From assembly GCF_947568905.1 (NCBI RefSeq), contig NC_079164.1, positions 26,288,001-26,352,000 of the forward strand: a stretch of 64,000 bases of DNA. The letters are read 5' to 3'. The notes under the pieces were generated by a model that saw nothing but the letters and a program-made list of their open reading frames with translations, made no database searches and had not been told where the DNA came from. The position numbers were made by a program, and so were the translations under genes. This document shows, one piece after another, positions 51,401-59,505 of this stretch (position 1 is its first letter; each line of letters starts with the position of its first letter). The stretch comes from Ostrea edulis (taxonomy: Eukaryota).

Positions 51401-54400
51401 ACCTACATCACCCAACACATCACCTACTTACATCACCACCCAACACACCACCTACCTACATCACCACCCAACACATCACCTACCTACATCACCATCCAAC
51501 ACATCACCTACCTACATCACCATCCAACACATCACCTACCTACATCACCACCCAACACACCACCTACCTACATCACCACCCAACACATCACCACGCAACA
51601 CAACACCTACCTACAACACCACACAACACATCACCTACCTACATCACCACCCAACACATCACCTACCCACATCACCACCCAACATATCACCCATCAATTC
51701 ACCACCCAACACATTACCTACCCACATCACCACCCAACACATCACCTACCTACATCATCACCCAACACATCACCACGCAACACAACACCTACCTACATCA
51801 CCACCCAACACACCACCTACCTACATCACCACCCAACACATCACCTACCCACATCACCACCCAACACATCACCTACCCACATCACCACCCAACACATCAC
51901 CTACCCACATCACCACCCAACACATCACCTACCCACATCACCACCCAACACATCACCTACCCACATCACCACCCAACACATCACCTATCCACATCACCAC
52001 CCAACACATCACCTACCCACATCACCACCCAACATATCACCTACCTACATCATCACCCAACACATCACCACGCAACACAACACCTACCTACATCACCACC
52101 CAACACACCACCTACCTACATCACCACCCACACATCACCTACCTACATCACCACCCAACACATCACCTACGTAGAACACCACCCAACACAACACCTACCT
52201 ACATCACCACACAACACATCACCTACCTACATCATCACCCAACACATCACCTACCTACAACACTACACAACACATCACCTACCTACATCATCACCCAACA
52301 CATCACCTACCTACAACACTACACAACACATCACCTACCTACATCATCACCCAACACATCACCTACCTACAACACTACACAACACATCACCTACCTACAT
52401 CACCACCCAACACACCACCTACCTACATCATCACCCAACACATCACCTACCTACAACACTACACAACACATCACCTACCTACAACACTACACAACACATC
52501 ACCTACCTATATTACCACCCAACACATCACCTACAATACCTGCCGTGAATAACTGACCTGCTCTATGCATGATAAATACTTACAAAATTGTATACTTCTC
52601 AGGAGCAAAAGCATCCTCAATGGCCGACACCATTCAGTTGAGGTATGTGCTTTCAACCCATGCATTATTAGTCCACTACCGACTAAGTCGAAGGGGACTT
52701 TAGGTTTGCGCTCCGTCTGTCTGTCTGTCCGTCAGTCTTGCAAATCAGTTTTCCGGATTTTGTTTATGTGCTTGCAGATATTCATTTGATATTTGGTACA
52801 TTGCCTTACCATAACAAGTTACAGATCAAGTTCTAATTTCATCTCGGTCCATTGATTTTTCACTAAGTTATGACCCTTGGACTTAGAAAAATAGCATGAA
52901 TTATTCGTTTTTTGGACTTGTTTTTGATGTGCTTGCAGATATTCATTTGATATTTGGTACATTGCTCTGCCATAACAAGTTACAGATCAAGTTCGAGTTT
53001 CGTCTCAGTCCGTTGATTTTGCACTAGGATATGGCCCTTGGATTTCCAAAATTAGCATGAATAATGTCAGTTTTCCTAACTGTTTTGTTGTGCTTACATA
53101 AATTCATTTGATATTCATTGCTTTGCCATAACAGGTTACAAATCGATTTTGAAGTTTTCCTGGTGTAGTCTTTGTACCTGAATAGTAGTTGATTTCCAAC
53201 CATTCGTATCCTGGTTTCCCAATCTTCCCTTTTACCATAACCTTGGTCTCATAATGAACTTCGAATATTGTTGCGGTCCAATAATTTTTGCCTCGGGTAG
53301 GGGACTATGTATTGCTATGCAATACTCCCAGAATGCTTGTTATAAATGTTTTGCAACTATTGATCCACAAAGTATCCTACACTGTGCTTCTGATCGTAAG
53401 TAGGCGTAAAACTCACTGTTTGTACCAACCGGAAGTCATACGTCACACTTAATGGAACCTGACTTTGATATCAATTCTGCACATGTATCTTGAAATAACT
53501 TGCTTGCTTCACTCTTCCTTTAGCTGCTGTCGATCGTTTGATTTTTTTTTTTGATTTTTTTTTTTTTAGCTCTTTATACTATATAGTGATATAAACAATG
53601 TAATATAAATCAGACTTCTTAGACCCGCGACGTATACTCTGCGTAGCGATTGTGAGCGTATCTTAGGATCTGATTTTAATTAGATTGTGATATAAACCAC
53701 GACACATTCTGTGCGGGCTTTAATGTTCCGAGTTTCAGAAGTTGGGGCTTGGGGTCATTCTGCATTCTATTGCTATCATTTTGCCAAACATATTATTTTG
53801 AACTGTTTGCGCATTATTTGTATATCTGTGTATGGTTTTAACACAGTATACATATTTTGACTTTTACTGCGAGCTTTCGTGGATTGCATTATACATGCAC
53901 TAGTAAATTAATCAGCTTTATCACATAGAAAATGTACAATTGTGGAGAATGTTCTACATTTCCTGGAAGTTTCTAAGTAACATAGTTGTATTCGTAGGTT
54001 TTTGAAGTTTCTAAGTAAGATTGTTGTATTCGTTGGTTTTTAGAAGTTTCTAAGTAAGATTGTTGTATCCATTGGTTTACTGGAAGTTTCTAAGTAAGAT
54101 ATTTGTATTCATTGGTTTTTGAAGCTTCAAGAGAAACATCACACACGACCAACCAATGATTGTCTTCTATGCTCTTGTGGGAAACGATGTCTGTAATAGG
54201 TAAGTGAAAATACACAAAACATGGCATCTTCAAGGTGCTAGTATACCCCAATTTAGTAAAGATATCAATGCTACAGTAATCTATGAATAGAATGAAACAA
54301 GAATATCTATTAGACAAATGAAATAATTTCAAATATTAAAGCTTGTCCATTTACATTTTTTCCAAAAAGAGCCGAATGCTGACCACGTGACTGTCTTATT

Positions 54401-56889
54401 AACTTATCACGTGCTATTTCCCCACCAATTCTTGGATATGTGCTCATCTAACTACCCTTTAGTGTTCCTAGCATGATCTAGTTTGACAGGTCTTAAAACT
54501 TACCGACGCCATTGTTTTCTTTCTGACGACGTGTGGAGAATGCGCTCACAGCGCATATCCGTATATATATTATGCAAAAAAGGGCACCCAAAGATATAAG
54601 TCAAGCATAAACATTAATTTCAACCCACTCCTTTCATCTAGGATGAAATCAAATAGTTTATGTTGCATATATATATATATACATGCATGCATAACACCAT
54701 ATAGATACCTTAATTATGTTAGTTTTGGAAAGAAAAAAGCTTGAACATTTTACTTCATATTTTTCAGACACCCTGATATTTTTAATCATATGACAACTGT
54801 GGAGGAAATGAAGAATAAATCTATCAACACATTGAATTATCTAGTAAGTGTGATAATAATCATAAAAATTATTAGCACTCTATATTTATGATGTTGTACA
54901 GAAATATATTTGATAATTTCTTTGTCTGTGTGTGTTTCTGTTTTGTAGATTGTGGTTTGTGTTGGTTTGTGTGTGTGGGGGTGGGGGTGGGGGGTTATCA
55001 GGTCGGCATATCCCTTTTCTTTCAAATTTTAAGAAAAAATGCTCCCCGAGGTTCCAGGGAATTTAGAAACGCACAATGAACACGATCTTGAAAAAGTCAT
55101 AAAGAAATTTTGCCCAGTTTCTGTTTTATTTCAATATTCCGATACGGTTTTCTTGAATTTCATGTAGGTCTATTTTACCACAGGAAATATGTGTATTTTG
55201 TATATTCTGTTGAGGGTTATTCTTGTTGTAAAATCACTTTCGAAGTCAATGATGACTTGATATATACATGTACCATCGGAATTGTGGAGTCGAATTTACC
55301 AACCGGCATTACCATTGGGCAGATTATCCGTGAAATAGAATTAAATGCAAATCTCATATTTTTTATTCTTCAGGGAAAGGTTCTTCCAAAAGGAAGCCAT
55401 GTATTTTACGTAGGATTAGCTGATGGGGCCATTTTGTATGAAGCACTTCGTGATAGAGTTCATCCGATTGGATCATTGCGGAATGACGTCACATACTCTG
55501 AGTTCTATGACTATTTCAACTGTTTAGAGGTAGATACGTTAGAGAGAGTTATAAATACGTGTGACATCTGTCTATTCATTTGTGTTGAAAACTCTTTTGT
55601 TTAATGATCCTGTCAATCTGAAGTGTCTTACAGTACAATTGTTCCCATATGAAACTCTTGTATACGGTGATTTCACGTACAAAATGCCAAGCAATTTTTA
55701 TATTATGCTTTTTAATGCGGATATAAGGAATTCCGATTTAAAGGGAATTTGAAATTTTCATGAATTACATTTACATGTATATACAAGATTCACTGCATTG
55801 AATTAAGGGTTTCTTACACGTGTTGTTTCCCCTATTTGTAAAGCCTAAACACTGCTAAATATGAAGGATTACTGTACTGTCTACAAAAATGCTTCACACA
55901 CTGTACATTCACTTTAGATGGTTCTGTATTGCAGATATCTCCTTGCCTGGGATGGATGAATACTAATGCAACAGTACGAGAAATTACAACTAAGGTGACT
56001 ATTGCAGTGTCTTTTAACTGTGTTCACAAATTAGTACATCTACTGATGTATTTTACAATGTTTTGTCTTAGACATCTTTACAAATTGTAGCGATTGTCAT
56101 TTTTTTCATGAACGCTCTGCAGTTGTAAACAATGTGTGTTTGAATCTTGACGAGTGATAGGAGAAATGAAAGTAGAATGTAAATAGCAGAAATAAATACT
56201 AGTATCATTTTTGAAAATACAGGAGAGCATGAACTGCCACAGTCCCGTGGGGATTCGGGTTAGAATCGGCCCTTAGAACCCCTTGCTTGTCGTAAGAGGC
56301 GACTAAATGGGGCGGTCCTTCGAATGAGACCGCAAAAATCGAGGTCCTGTGTCACAGCAGGTGTGGCATGATATATAAAGATCTCTCCCTGTTCAAAGGC
56401 TGTAAGCGCCGAGCATAGGCTTAAATTTTGCAGCCCTTCACTGGCAATGGTGACGTCTTCATATGAGTGAAACATTCTCGAGAGGGACGTTAAACAATAT
56501 CAAATCAATCAATCAATCAATCAATCAAATGAACTGCAACACTTCACAACAGCATACATTTCATAATTTACTTCTTAAAATAACAGCCTAATTTATGTTT
56601 TCAGAGGGCTCGTGAATTGAGTGAGGCTTTAAAAGAAGTCGTGGCTGTTCACCAAAGTTCTTTTTCAAACTTCAAATTGTATTATGTGGATAACCCCATA
56701 GACCAAGGTAACGTGATGGATGTTTCTAAAGCTGTAAAGACAATTGTTCATTCGTTCATTTTATTCGCTCAAACCACAGTGAAAGTAGTACATGAGGTAC
56801 AATACAAAAAATCCAAATATTGATTAATACAATTTATGTCAGAGGAATGTATATACACTGTACATGTAGGTATGCAAATAAAGATAGTG

Positions 56890-56926
<37 letters not shown>

Positions 56927-58129
56927 CACTAAAGTTCCAACAACACACGATACCTCAAAGTGTCGGATCCACAACATGGATACAAGGTCAAATACAAAAA
57001 ATCATACAAAGCACTAAAATGACCAACGACACGAACAACCAGATTGTCAAATTTTCGGGAAGACCCGTCCCTTCTTCAGGACAAACGAAAAGAATCATAT
57101 AATGTGGCCAATATCAACAGAGAACAATAACAAAAACTACATATAAATACATCTAGCACTACAACTACACTAATCTACAAACGTATTTACAACGCAGACT
57201 ACATGTTTTTTGGTCTTTAGGCTTGCCAATCAATTTTAAAAGTGGAGCGAATTAGGACATGCCTTATTCGTCCAAAGAGCTGATCCAAAATGTACGAAGT
57301 GATAAAAATAGATTTAATTAATCTCAATCTTAATTAAACTCGTTCCACATGAGATTAATTAAGTGTATTTTTATCACTTCGTACATTTTGTATTATATAG
57401 TCAAAAACCGATCCACCAACGATTGAGATGAAACTTCTTTCATATAGGCATTATGCAAGTGTCTCTTCGAAAGTGTTTGAAAGCAACGGTAATTGACTAG
57501 TCTTTTTTCTCACTTTAGGTTAAATCATATATATATAAACAGTGTTTCAACGTGTAACTCAGTTTACTTCGTGTCGGCCTTGGGTATCGACCTAGTGTTT
57601 CTAAATCGTACTATTGTGGAATATTTTCACGTATTTTTGTCTTTTAAAAACAGCAATTCAAGATCAACTCATGTAACTTCGTTTGGGTCTTGAGCTTTCA
57701 AATCATATCATTATTGTATTGTTCCGGATTTCTGTATTCCTAAATATTGATTCAATCAAACTTAAATAGTGGTAAATTTAATTCAACGTACGACTTATCT
57801 TATCGGGCTCATGCCGGGTGTGACCCAATCTGATTAAAATCAGATCCTCGATCCGCTCCTCTTTTTGTTTCTTGTCGCTACACGACAAGAAAAAAAAAAA
57901 AAGAAAAAAAAGAGGAGCGGATCGAGGATCTGATTTTAATCAGATTTGGTGTGACCGGTCGGCAGGGAATGCTCACTCCTCCTAGACACCTGATACCACC
58001 TCTGGTGCGTCCAGGGGTTTGTGTTCGCCCGGCCCTTCATTTAGATAGTTTGATTAGTAAACCTTTTTCGTTGTCGTTAGAACTTATCATCGAATTGGTC
58101 ATATCGGTGTTTTAATAATAATGATATAT

Positions 58130-58192
<63 letters not shown>

Positions 58193-58330
58193 CTAAATAG
58201 AAAGAGTTGATATCACACAGTCAAAATAATTCAATAAAAAAAGCAGGAAAATATACAGTTCCAAAATATATTTAAATCACTTTAAATATATTTTGGAACT
58301 GTATATTTTCCTGCTTTTTTTTTTTTATTG

Positions 58331-58374
<44 letters not shown>

Positions 58375-58678
58375 CACTAAATAATCACAACTAGGTACTG
58401 AAAATTTTCACCCCTGCCCGGGGTCGAACCAGCGACCTACGGCACCCACCGCTTAGCAAGACTGTCAAACCAGTTACCACTTACGCACTGGTTTGACAAT
58501 CTTGCTAGGCGGTGGGTGCCGTAGGTCGCTGGTTCGACCCCGGGCTGGGGTGAAAATTTTCAGTACCTAGTTGTGATTATTTAGTGTTTTATATATTAAT
58601 TGATTGATTATCACATGTATCGTTTAGATCCTAGGGTTAATGCAAGGTTGGGTGTTATAATTGTGTGTTTGTGTTTTC

Positions 58679-58710
<32 letters not shown>

Positions 58711-59120
58711 TGTAAAATATTTGATGCAGTGTTGGACGAGTGGACTAAACAAGGTGGACAGGATTGGGAACTGCTAGAGCCCGTGGACGGATTTCATTCT
58801 AATCAGGTACATTGTATATCTGTACACAGTGTTCCACGCTACATTGGAGATGTTTCTGTTGTAAATTGGTACCTTATTGCGTTTGTGATTAAGAAAGATA
58901 TATTCTAGTCTACACAGTCCTTATACGTAGTCACGTGCAGTGGATCGTTTTTATCGCGCAAGTTTTGAGAATCTTCTTTTGTTTTTAGCTTGGACAAGCA
59001 CTAACAGCGAAGGCAATTTGGGAAAATTTGGAGAAGATGTACCCAGAAGCCATTGGGCCCGTGAATCCGAATAATGCTAAGATTAAATCTTTGTTTGGAA
59101 ATCAAGGCGGTTACCTGTAA
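30758..59120 (+). CDS. AOAH: Acyloxyacyl hydrolase (LPS-deacylating; saposin-B + GDSL/SGNH lipase), complete spliced CDS, 18 exons, 574 aa
   Basis: Exons: 30758-30878, 34493-34649, 35982-36114, 38754-38830, 41072-41132, 41484-41554, 43603-43651, 45132-45275, 45374-45443, 45564-45686, 52603-52642, 54125-54199, 54768-54843, 55374-55529, 55935-55994, 56605-56707, 58730-58806, 58989-59120; total 1725 nt. AOAH motifs: TLRGSSWRGKDC, DSNCNGIY, LGDSISAHFH, NHCNHRDYQN, GNDVC, EPVDGFH, FGNQGG. Confidence 0.96.
32741..33065 (-). mobile_element. tRNA-derived SINE
   Basis: Minus-strand head ACCGGTCACGGTAGCTCAGTGGTAGAAC (A box) with a degenerate B box; 3' end ...TGAAAAATTCTCGA...ACGT..AAACAATCAATCAAT tail, shared with the 56242 and 61786 copies. 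Confidence 0.8.
33160..33462 (-). mobile_element. Helentron/HINE-like element
   Basis: Same family motifs as 27060-27400; approximate ends. Confidence 0.5.
33650..34262. repeat. 21-bp GTCGACTTGTCAG-containing minisatellite arrays in both orientations
   Basis: GTCGACTTGTC(A/G)GGTAATTAT x~9 (33655-33845); GTTGACTTGTCAGAT(C/T)GTGAT x~6 (34000-34135); inverted CTGACAAGTCGACATAAT units at 33933 and 34200-34260. Confidence 0.85.
34493..34649 (+). CDS. AOAH: AOAH exon 2 (saposin-like)
   Basis: tccag|CTVVLGLAEQLSVIHNETV...LERLCNFLP...DDIIR|gttagt. Confidence 0.9.
35982..36114 (+). CDS. AOAH: AOAH exon 3
   Basis: acaag|FSQDDTADTACHKLSFC...CHIFP...KFVQ|gtatgg. Confidence 0.9.
36743..38380. repeat. 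23-bp minisatellite (~70 copies)
   Basis: AAATTAAACAG(T/C)ACA(T/C)G(T/C)TCATC; AOAH intron 3. Confidence 0.95.
38754..38830 (+). CDS. AOAH: AOAH exon 4
   Basis: tttag|TNRRHRTGANICDLPGIKRICAWIN|gtaaat. Confidence 0.9.
39075..40882. repeat. 30-bp minisatellite (~60 copies, with shorter variants)
   Basis: TCAAGATAACTGGTAGTTTTAGTGTGTCTA; AOAH intron 4. Confidence 0.95.
41072..41132 (+). CDS. AOAH: AOAH exon 5
   Basis: tgcag|IFSKHDPAIDLDGDFHSVYQ|gtaagt. Confidence 0.92.
41484..41554 (+). CDS. AOAH: AOAH exon 6
   Basis: cgcag|TLRGSSWRGKDCDDERELFHPGA|gtaagt. Confidence 0.95.
41880..43490. mobile_element. Nested, decayed Helentron/HINE-like fragments plus a (TA)n tract at 42426-42470
   Basis: GAGCAATGTGGCACATAGGCCTCTTTGTT at ~43460-43487 is the inverse of the 21972 terminus; CCTTGTGACAAGACCTTT/TTGACCTTG motifs inside. 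Confidence 0.5.
43603..43651 (+). CDS. AOAH: AOAH exon 7 (followed by GC donor)
   Basis: ttcag|PINGDKTMDSNCNGIY|gcaagt. Confidence 0.9.
44000..45028 (+). mobile_element. Helentron-associated element carrying 4 Cg170-like (~150-170 bp) satellite units
   Basis: AAATGCATG recurs at ~44243, 44412, 44572 and 44723; ends AAGTGACCGTTAAGCTCGTGGACCTCTTGTT; Cg170 likeness recalled, not aligned. Confidence 0.65.
45132..45275 (+). CDS. AOAH: AOAH exon 8 (catalytic Ser, GDS motif)
   Basis: tttag|GINPTSGRGYEDELCG...VAVLGDSISAHFHLPREW...MSL|gtatag; Ser codon at 45216-45218. Confidence 0.96.
45374..45443 (+). CDS. AOAH: AOAH exon 9
   Basis: aatag|KVFEPLPFILENEIDWPEFSSVT|gtagcg. Confidence 0.9.
45564..45686 (+). 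CDS. AOAH: AOAH exon 10
   Basis: gacag|FRNN...SVYKRLFERNHCNHRDYQNIGVN|gtagtt. Confidence 0.95.
46771..46905. repeat. ~135-bp imperfect hairpin (probable MITE)
   Basis: GCACCTGAATTATGGATAC..TTCTGATTTTCTTGCGGCGATAATTTC / GAAATTATCGCCGCAAAAAAATCAGAA..GTATCCATACTTCAGGTAC. Confidence 0.75.
46929..48076 (+). mobile_element. Defective mariner (DD34D) transposon
   Basis: ~33-bp TIRs CGAG(A/G)GCTGTTCGATATGTA(A/G)TGTGTATTGTAC; TA on the left flank, CA on the right; transposase remnants VSYETVRRW, WVYYFEP, HDNAPSH, PHPPYSLDLVPCDFFLFPKLK with 34 residues between D2 and D3; stops, frameshifts and an internal deletion. Confidence 0.93.
48510..52540. repeat. 4-kb C/A-rich minisatellite (28-nt ACATCACCTACCTACATCACCACCCAAC and 15-nt ACATCACCACCCAAC units)
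   Basis: Read directly; almost no G on the + strand; AOAH intron 10. Confidence 0.96.
52603..52642 (+). CDS. AOAH: AOAH exon 11
   Basis: ctcag|GAKASSMADTIQL|gtatgt; phases fit both neighbours. Confidence 0.85.
52660..53342 (+). mobile_element. HINE-like element with (GTCT)n and internal ~135-bp repeats
   Basis: TTATTAGTCC..CCGTCTGTCTGTCTGTCCGTC start; GTGCTTGCAGATATTCATTTGATATTTGGTACATTGC repeated; ends GGGGACTATGTATTGCTATGCAATACT..GCTTGTT. Confidence 0.6.
53596..53687. mobile_element. Small MITE with CAAT..AGATTG termini, 9-bp TSD TGATATAAA
   Basis: Termini resemble the 57826-57947 element; TSD at 53587-53595 and 53688-53696. Confidence 0.65.
53960..54135. repeat. ~39-bp tandem repeat (4 copies plus source) seeded from the AOAH exon 12 acceptor
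   Basis: TTGGTTTTTGAAG|TTTCTAAGTAAGATTGTTGTATTC units end at the true acceptor gaag|CTTCAAG. Confidence 0.85.
54125..54199 (+). CDS. AOAH: AOAH exon 12
   Basis: tgaag|FKRNITHDQPMIVFYALVGNDVCN|gtaagt. Confidence 0.93.
54768..54843 (+). CDS. AOAH: AOAH exon 13
   Basis: ttcag|HPDIFNHMTTVEEMKNKSINTLNYL|gtaagt. Confidence 0.92.
55374..55529 (+). CDS. AOAH: AOAH exon 14
   Basis: ttcag|GKVLPKGSHVFYVGLADG...HPIG...FNCLE|gtagat. Confidence 0.95.
55935..55994 (+). CDS. AOAH: AOAH exon 15
   Basis: tgcag|ISPCLGWMNTNATVREITTK|gtgact. Confidence 0.94.
56242..56528 (+). mobile_element. SINE lacking a tRNA head, with TSD
   Basis: CGTGGGGATTCGGGTTAGAAT..TTGCTTGTCGTAAGAGGCGACT core, (CAAT)n tail; TSD ATGAACTGC(C/A)ACA at 56229-56241 and 56529-56541. 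Confidence 0.85.
56605..56707 (+). CDS. AOAH: AOAH exon 16
   Basis: ttcag|RARELSEALKEV...FSNFKLYYVDNPIDQ|gtaacg. Confidence 0.94.
56924..57200 (-). mobile_element. Penelope-like element terminal fragment abutting (TA)n
   Basis: Carries a CCTGAAGAAGGG...CCCGAAA hammerhead-type motif, as known for Penelope-like termini; family is inference. Confidence 0.5.
57044..57084 (-). ncRNA. Minimal type-I hammerhead ribozyme candidate
   Basis: UUGUC-CUGAAGA-A-GGGA(cgggucu)UCCC-GAAA-AUU-U-GACAA: stem I 5 bp, stem II 4 bp, palindromic AAUU stem III. Confidence 0.55.
57286..57390. repeat. Hairpin with 25-bp perfect outer arms
   Basis: CAAAATGTACGAAGTGATAAAAATA / TATTTTTATCACTTCGTACATTTTG plus an inner TTAATTAATCTCA/TGAGATTAATTAA pair. 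Confidence 0.8.
57803..58030 (+). mobile_element. LINE-like (possibly RTE-type) 3' fragment; related pieces at ~34895-34950 and 61337-61450
   Basis: GGGCTC..GCGGGTGTGACC.GTCG.CAGGG..AGGCACCTGAT.CCA.CTCTGGT shared between the 57.8 kb and 61.3 kb copies; clade and the link to the 34.9 kb piece are recalled, not verified. Confidence 0.5.
57826..57947. mobile_element. 122-bp hairpin MITE with 9-bp TSD, inserted into a LINE-like fragment
   Basis: GGTGTGACC duplicated at 57817-57825 and 57948-57956; the uninterrupted host sequence is seen at 61337-61450. Confidence 0.88.
58226..58336. repeat. AT-rich palindrome between (TA)n tracts
   Basis: ATAATTCAATAAAAAAAGCAGGAAAATATACAGTTCCAAAATATATTTAAA-tcac-inverse copy. 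Confidence 0.85.
58371..58590. mobile_element. 220-bp palindromic element (104-bp arms, 12-nt loop) inserted at (TA)n
   Basis: Arms 58371-58474 and 58487-58590 differ at ~4 positions; contains GGTTCGACCCC (B-box-like). Confidence 0.8.
58730..58806 (+). CDS. AOAH: AOAH exon 17 (catalytic Asp/His)
   Basis: tgcag|LDEWTKQGGQDWELLEPVDGFHSNQ|gtacat. Confidence 0.95.
58989..59120 (+). CDS. AOAH: AOAH last exon 18
   Basis: tttag|LGQALTAKAIWENLEKMYPEAIGPVNPNN...FGNQGGYL* (TAA at 59118-59120). Confidence 0.95.
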   Translation, partial: LGQALTAKAIWENLEKMYPEAIGPVNPNNAKIKSLFGNQGGYL

Positions 59121-59167
59121 CTGTGTCACCATTAACAAGTTGGATATTATATCATGGGGTTGTGCAA

Positions 59168-59505
59168 TTTTTATGCCCCCGTAATCCGAGTGTCGGGGGC
59201 ATTTAGTTTTTGGTCTGTCCGTTTGTTTGCAAAAACTTTAAATTGGGCCATCTGTTCATTGGATTGTGATATGTCTTCCATATTTCACATGTGTATTCCT
59301 TGCGACAAGACATTTCATTTGGTACCAAAATGATTGACATTTTAACCTTGACCTTGGAGTTTGACCAACCTTTGAAAAAAAAATTAACCTTGGTTATAAC
59401 GTTTGAATGGTTAGTGATAGGGCGCTCATATTCTTGTGACAAGACCTATCTTTGGGTGCAGCCATACGGGGGCATCACTGTTTCGCAAACTCATCTTGTT
59501 TATAT
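59168..59505 (+). mobile_element. HINE-like element ~50 bp downstream of the AOAH stop
   Basis: TTTTATGCCCCCG..TCGGGGGCATTTAGTTTTTGGTCTGTCCGT start; same family as 27060-27400. Confidence 0.65.

Noticed and set aside
48464-52174. 1236-aa His/Thr/Pro-rich ORF
   Set aside because: Artefact of a G-free C/A minisatellite that can hardly form stop codons; it lies in AOAH intron 10 and has no domain signature.
58487-58560. Possible tRNA gene (GGTTCGACCCC)
   Set aside because: No cloverleaf could be built, and it is one arm of a palindromic element.
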